Assembly (NCBI RefSeq): GCF_001194135.2
Contig: NC_069008.1
Location: forward strand, 15,832,704 to 15,865,416
From: Octopus bimaculoides
Lineage: Eukaryota
DNA: 32,713 bases
Direction: 5' to 3'
Shown: piece by piece, positions 29,190-32,713 of the stretch
Numbering within the stretch: position 1 is the first letter of the stretch
How the letters are laid out: each line of letters opens with the position of its first letter
The notes under the pieces: generated by a model
Told to the model about the DNA's origin: nothing
The model's database searches: none
What the model saw: only the letters and a program-made list of their open reading frames with translations
Position numbers and translations under genes: made by a program

Positions 29190-30690
29190 ACACATCTCCC
29201 TTCAGTACATCCCTGTATCACATCATCTGGCCACCACAGCTTCGCCTCCTCAAACGCTGTTCAGCATACAAAAAGCTGCCTTTGGGAACCTGTCACACTT
29301 CATGCTGCAAATATGTCCTGCCCAGCGCAGCTGCGATAGGGGAATGAGTGCCGAGACACTAACTGCGACTACGTAGTGCATGGCGGAGTGATATGCCAGA
29401 TGGAGGACAGATATTCAAGATGTAGGACTCATGTCAGGGCTTTGACGTGTCGGGGGTTAAGGGCCATGCCCTTCGTTGAATAAATAAAGCAACATAACAC
29501 TGCGTCATTTTACATCTTCATATTCATTTTGCGGTCACTGTCAAGGATGCTCTGTAGATGCTTCTCAAGAAAAACGAAAGCCTTTCTCACCGACTGTATT
29601 CACCACTTAACTTGGAAGTCAGAAGTTTTAGTACAGGTCATTGCACTGGCAAGAGATAAAGGCCTCAGTGTACTTCAATGACTCTCCGTGTACTGTCAAT
29701 GGTTCTGACTCTCTCAATGTAATAGGCCGTATTAGTGGCGTTTTGTATAGCAGTTCAGTGTTTAAAATGTTGATCTTTAGAGAAAATATGTCTGCTGAAC
29801 AATGAAAGTGGTCCATAGTGTGTTGCATGTCATCAATGCTGTTGGCCTCTGCCGAGGACAACACCTTGACTCAGATTTCTTTGATTGTGGAAGAAGCATG
29901 AAGTCGGGCCAGGTTGATCCATTTCCCGTCTATTCTAGTAAGGATGAAAACCTCCTTGTGCGTGTTGACCACCATACTTTCAAGCACAACTGGTTACAAA
30001 GACAGAAGGGTGCAGGGCAAGCACACATCACTACTTCTCACAATGGTTGACTGCAGAAGATTCCCTAAATTCTCCGCCAAATAATTCCCGTGTGGAACTG
30101 GTGGATGATGTGAACAAACTTCTCAGGGCATCCATAGGTCTCCATTTTTCAGAGCATTCATACATCTCCACCGTGTCACATCCTCTGGAGAAGCCCAGAA
30201 AGAGTGTCTACTGTTGCTGCGCTGCTTTCTCATATATTTGTCGCAGTATGAATGCCATGTCCATTGTTGATCTCCCTGGCCTGAAGCCACATTCACACTC
30301 CGCTAAAAACTACTGGGAAATGTGTTTTCAGCCGACTGAGAACGTTCTTCACCAGCAAAAGCCTCATCTCCATGCCATCATCTCAAAACCCCGCTCAATC
30401 CCAATTTACATCTTAATCTTTTTACTCGTGCTCAATATGCGTCTAGGTGGAGATTATAAAAACTGATGCACTCGTCTGTAAATAAAATGGACCCCAGTCC
30501 CACGCGTTCCATTATGAAATCCACAAGTTGCTCTACCATTCTGTGAGGAACTTGTTGCATGTGTCCTGTCTTCTGAGTGTTCTCTTGTAAATCGACTCCC
30601 CGGATGACACTGAGAAGCACTTCTAACTTGATAGCTCTTGCGACATCGTCGACAACGAGGATGACAAAGATGACAATGACATCATGCATT
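29190..30690 (-). mobile_element. RTE-clade LINE reverse-transcriptase relic
   Basis: DVARAIK…; ECGFRPGRSTMDMAFILRQIYEK; YGCPEKFVHIIHQFH; CVLA; RIDGKWINLARL; MQHTMDHF…FSLKIN; and the C-terminal PKGSFLYAEQ…CGGQMM*YRDVLK. Many stops and frameshifts; the YADD motif is lost. Confidence 0.85.
29293..29542 (+). mobile_element. Possible solo LTR inserted in the RTE relic
   Basis: Begins TGTCAC, ends …TGTCA, has AATAAA at ~29479-29488 and interrupts RTE collinearity. No target-site duplication seen. Confidence 0.35.
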
Positions 30691-32483
30691 GTGTATATGA
30701 CATTACAGGATGTCTTTGGGGCCACTTCAGCTTTGTATCGCAAAACAGTTTCATTTTCCAAGGACAAATTAATTTCACTGTAAAATAACGGTCAATTGCA
30801 TGTTAAACGCTCTCGTATATAAGTGTGTTGTGAATGAAAGAGAGCGTGTGTGTGTGTGCGTATGTCTGTGTATGTCTGCGTGTGTGTCTCTGTGTGTGTA
30901 TGTGTGTGTGTGTGTGTATGTATTTGTATGAAATCTTCATAGTTTTCTTAAATTGAATTCTTCTGGTAGGGATACGGAGATCTTAGCTGAAATTAATCGA
31001 ATGAATTACAACCAAGGTGTAGTTATGGTGAAGAAAACATATATTCCCAGCTTTTCTTTCAACCATATCCAAATTTTTAGTGAGGGATTCATCTTTTTCT
31101 TGCACATTTCTTCTACATTCACATTTTTCTTCTACGCAGGCGCAAAGTAACATATCCAATACGTCTAACATAAGGAGTGTTGTACTTTTGGAAAGCAGGA
31201 AAATATATGAGAAGCAACATAGGATCTTTTTTCTAGAAGCCTGAAATTGAAAAAAATAATTTTACAGATTCATAATCTCCGTATTTCTCAACGTCGTTTC
31301 TTTAAAAAATTTAACATTTTTTTTTTTAATTGTAAAATAAAACACATTTGGCTGGGAAAGAAGAAATTTCATTTTGGAAAATTTCTTTTTTATTCTGGGA
31401 AAATGGTAATCTTCCATAACGAAAACATCGGAATGAGTAAGAAATTTTTGAAAACAAATATGCAGTTGGGGTTGGGGTAAACCCGCCGAAAATTGAAACA
31501 GAAGGGATTACATAGAAACATATCTGAAGGCTGAACTCATCAGTGAGATTGTTAAAGGTTCAATATTGATCAAATGTCTTTCCTTCAGGAGTTGGCATTT
31601 AAAAATTTGAGCAATGTTTCGTTGATGGTCTAAATCTTCGGCAGTTTCCGTAACGAACTACTTACGGAAATTATCGAGCAATCAGATGCAAGAAAATAAA
31701 AAGATTGAACCCATGATCGAAACATTGCGTTGCAGGCAAAGAAAATTACAGAAACAGTTTTCATTCACACTTTACATATTTTAATAAATTAAGAACTGGC
31801 GTAAAAGTTGATAGATTTTTATTATGTTGTTGGAAATTCAGAGATGTCACATTAATATGAGACTAATTTTATTAGGAGATTATCCATAAGATTTAAAAAA
31901 GAATAGCAGAATAATTGAAAAAATATTACGCAATGGGGCTGAGATAGTTTAATGCAGTGAGAGAAGAAAGAAAAACGATTTCTCTTTGGCAAACAAACTT
32001 TTACTGATCCAGCGATATATGAAAATACATGAATAAAATAGCCTACATATTAATATTGTTCATATTTAGTTGTATATAAAAAAATGTTAGTTCAATTTTC
32101 AAAGTGTAGAATTATTGTGAAATTTAGAATGGACCTATAAGGCCCTGGTGTTCTTAGTAAAATTTACGGGAGGAAATAGTTTTAGTCAAGCACCTTAAAA
32201 TGTTAGAGGATATTTATTTAACGAAAATCAATTTGTAGGTTATTTTATTCCTGTGCTTTCATACATCGCTGGATTCGTAAAACATTGTCTGCGAAACAGC
32301 AATTGGTTTTCTTTTGTCTTCTCCCTGCATTACACTTTCTCAGCATCATTGCGTAATATTTCTTCAATTCTTCGGCTATTTGTTTCGCTCTGGTGGATAA
32401 TCTCCTGTTATTAACATAATGACTCCGAAATGACAACGAAATAATAAAATGTAGCAGCGTTTACGTTAGTCTTTCGTGTATCG

Positions 32484-32713
32484 CAGAATTGCACAAATAA
32501 ATCGATTAATAACGATTTCAGGATTATCTTGCTCAAACTCTTTCATCAAAACACGGAGATGTTAAAAAGGGCATGAGAAAATCTTGATTTCATGATGATG
32601 ACCTCAGCTTTTATACAGATTCAGCACTCAAACATTTGTCCAACTCTTACATCTGTATAAAAGCTGAGCTAATCTTCATAAAACGAAGATTATCCTATGC
32701 CCTTTTTAAATCA
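32484..32713 (-). pseudogene. Caspase pseudogene 3 (hairpin copy; runs off the window end)
   Basis: LMKEFEQDNPEIVINRFICAIL, then homology is lost at ~32484. Hairpin core is identical to pseudogene 2 but inverted. Confidence 0.85.

Overview
AT-rich eukaryotic genomic DNA with six N-gaps. The repeat landscape (tRNA-headed SINEs with internal TA/TG microsatellites, RTE LINE relics) and the clustered [10 protein letters not shown]-type C2H2 genes point to an octopus or other coleoid cephalopod; this is an inference and no search was run. Left and centre (3-21 kb): three C2H2 zinc-finger genes, each with the CDS in one exon. Two of them (5807-7093 +, 14 fingers; 12850-13701 -, 9 fingers) are a tail-to-tail inverted duplication that includes promoter, non-coding exon 1 and 3' UTR. 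A complete but decayed 1.29-kb mariner lies between them. Right (22-32.7 kb): a tandem birth-and-death array of caspase genes. It holds one intact single-exon caspase-3/7-like gene (SHG, QACRG) with an unusual hydrophobic C-terminal tail, and two pseudogenes. The pseudogenes carry a ~185-nt fold-back hairpin built from caspase coding sequence, whose 153-nt core is identical but flipped between the two copies. Each caspase faces a repeated plus-strand module (NRF1-like site, conserved splice donor, acceptor) with no recognisable CDS. A fourth caspase relic, missed by the ORF track, is at 633-836. Also present: a foldback MITE with a telomere-repeat hairpin, an RTE LINE relic, many SINEs, and mini/microsatellites. 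All alignments were done by eye, and boundaries of degenerate repeats are approximate.
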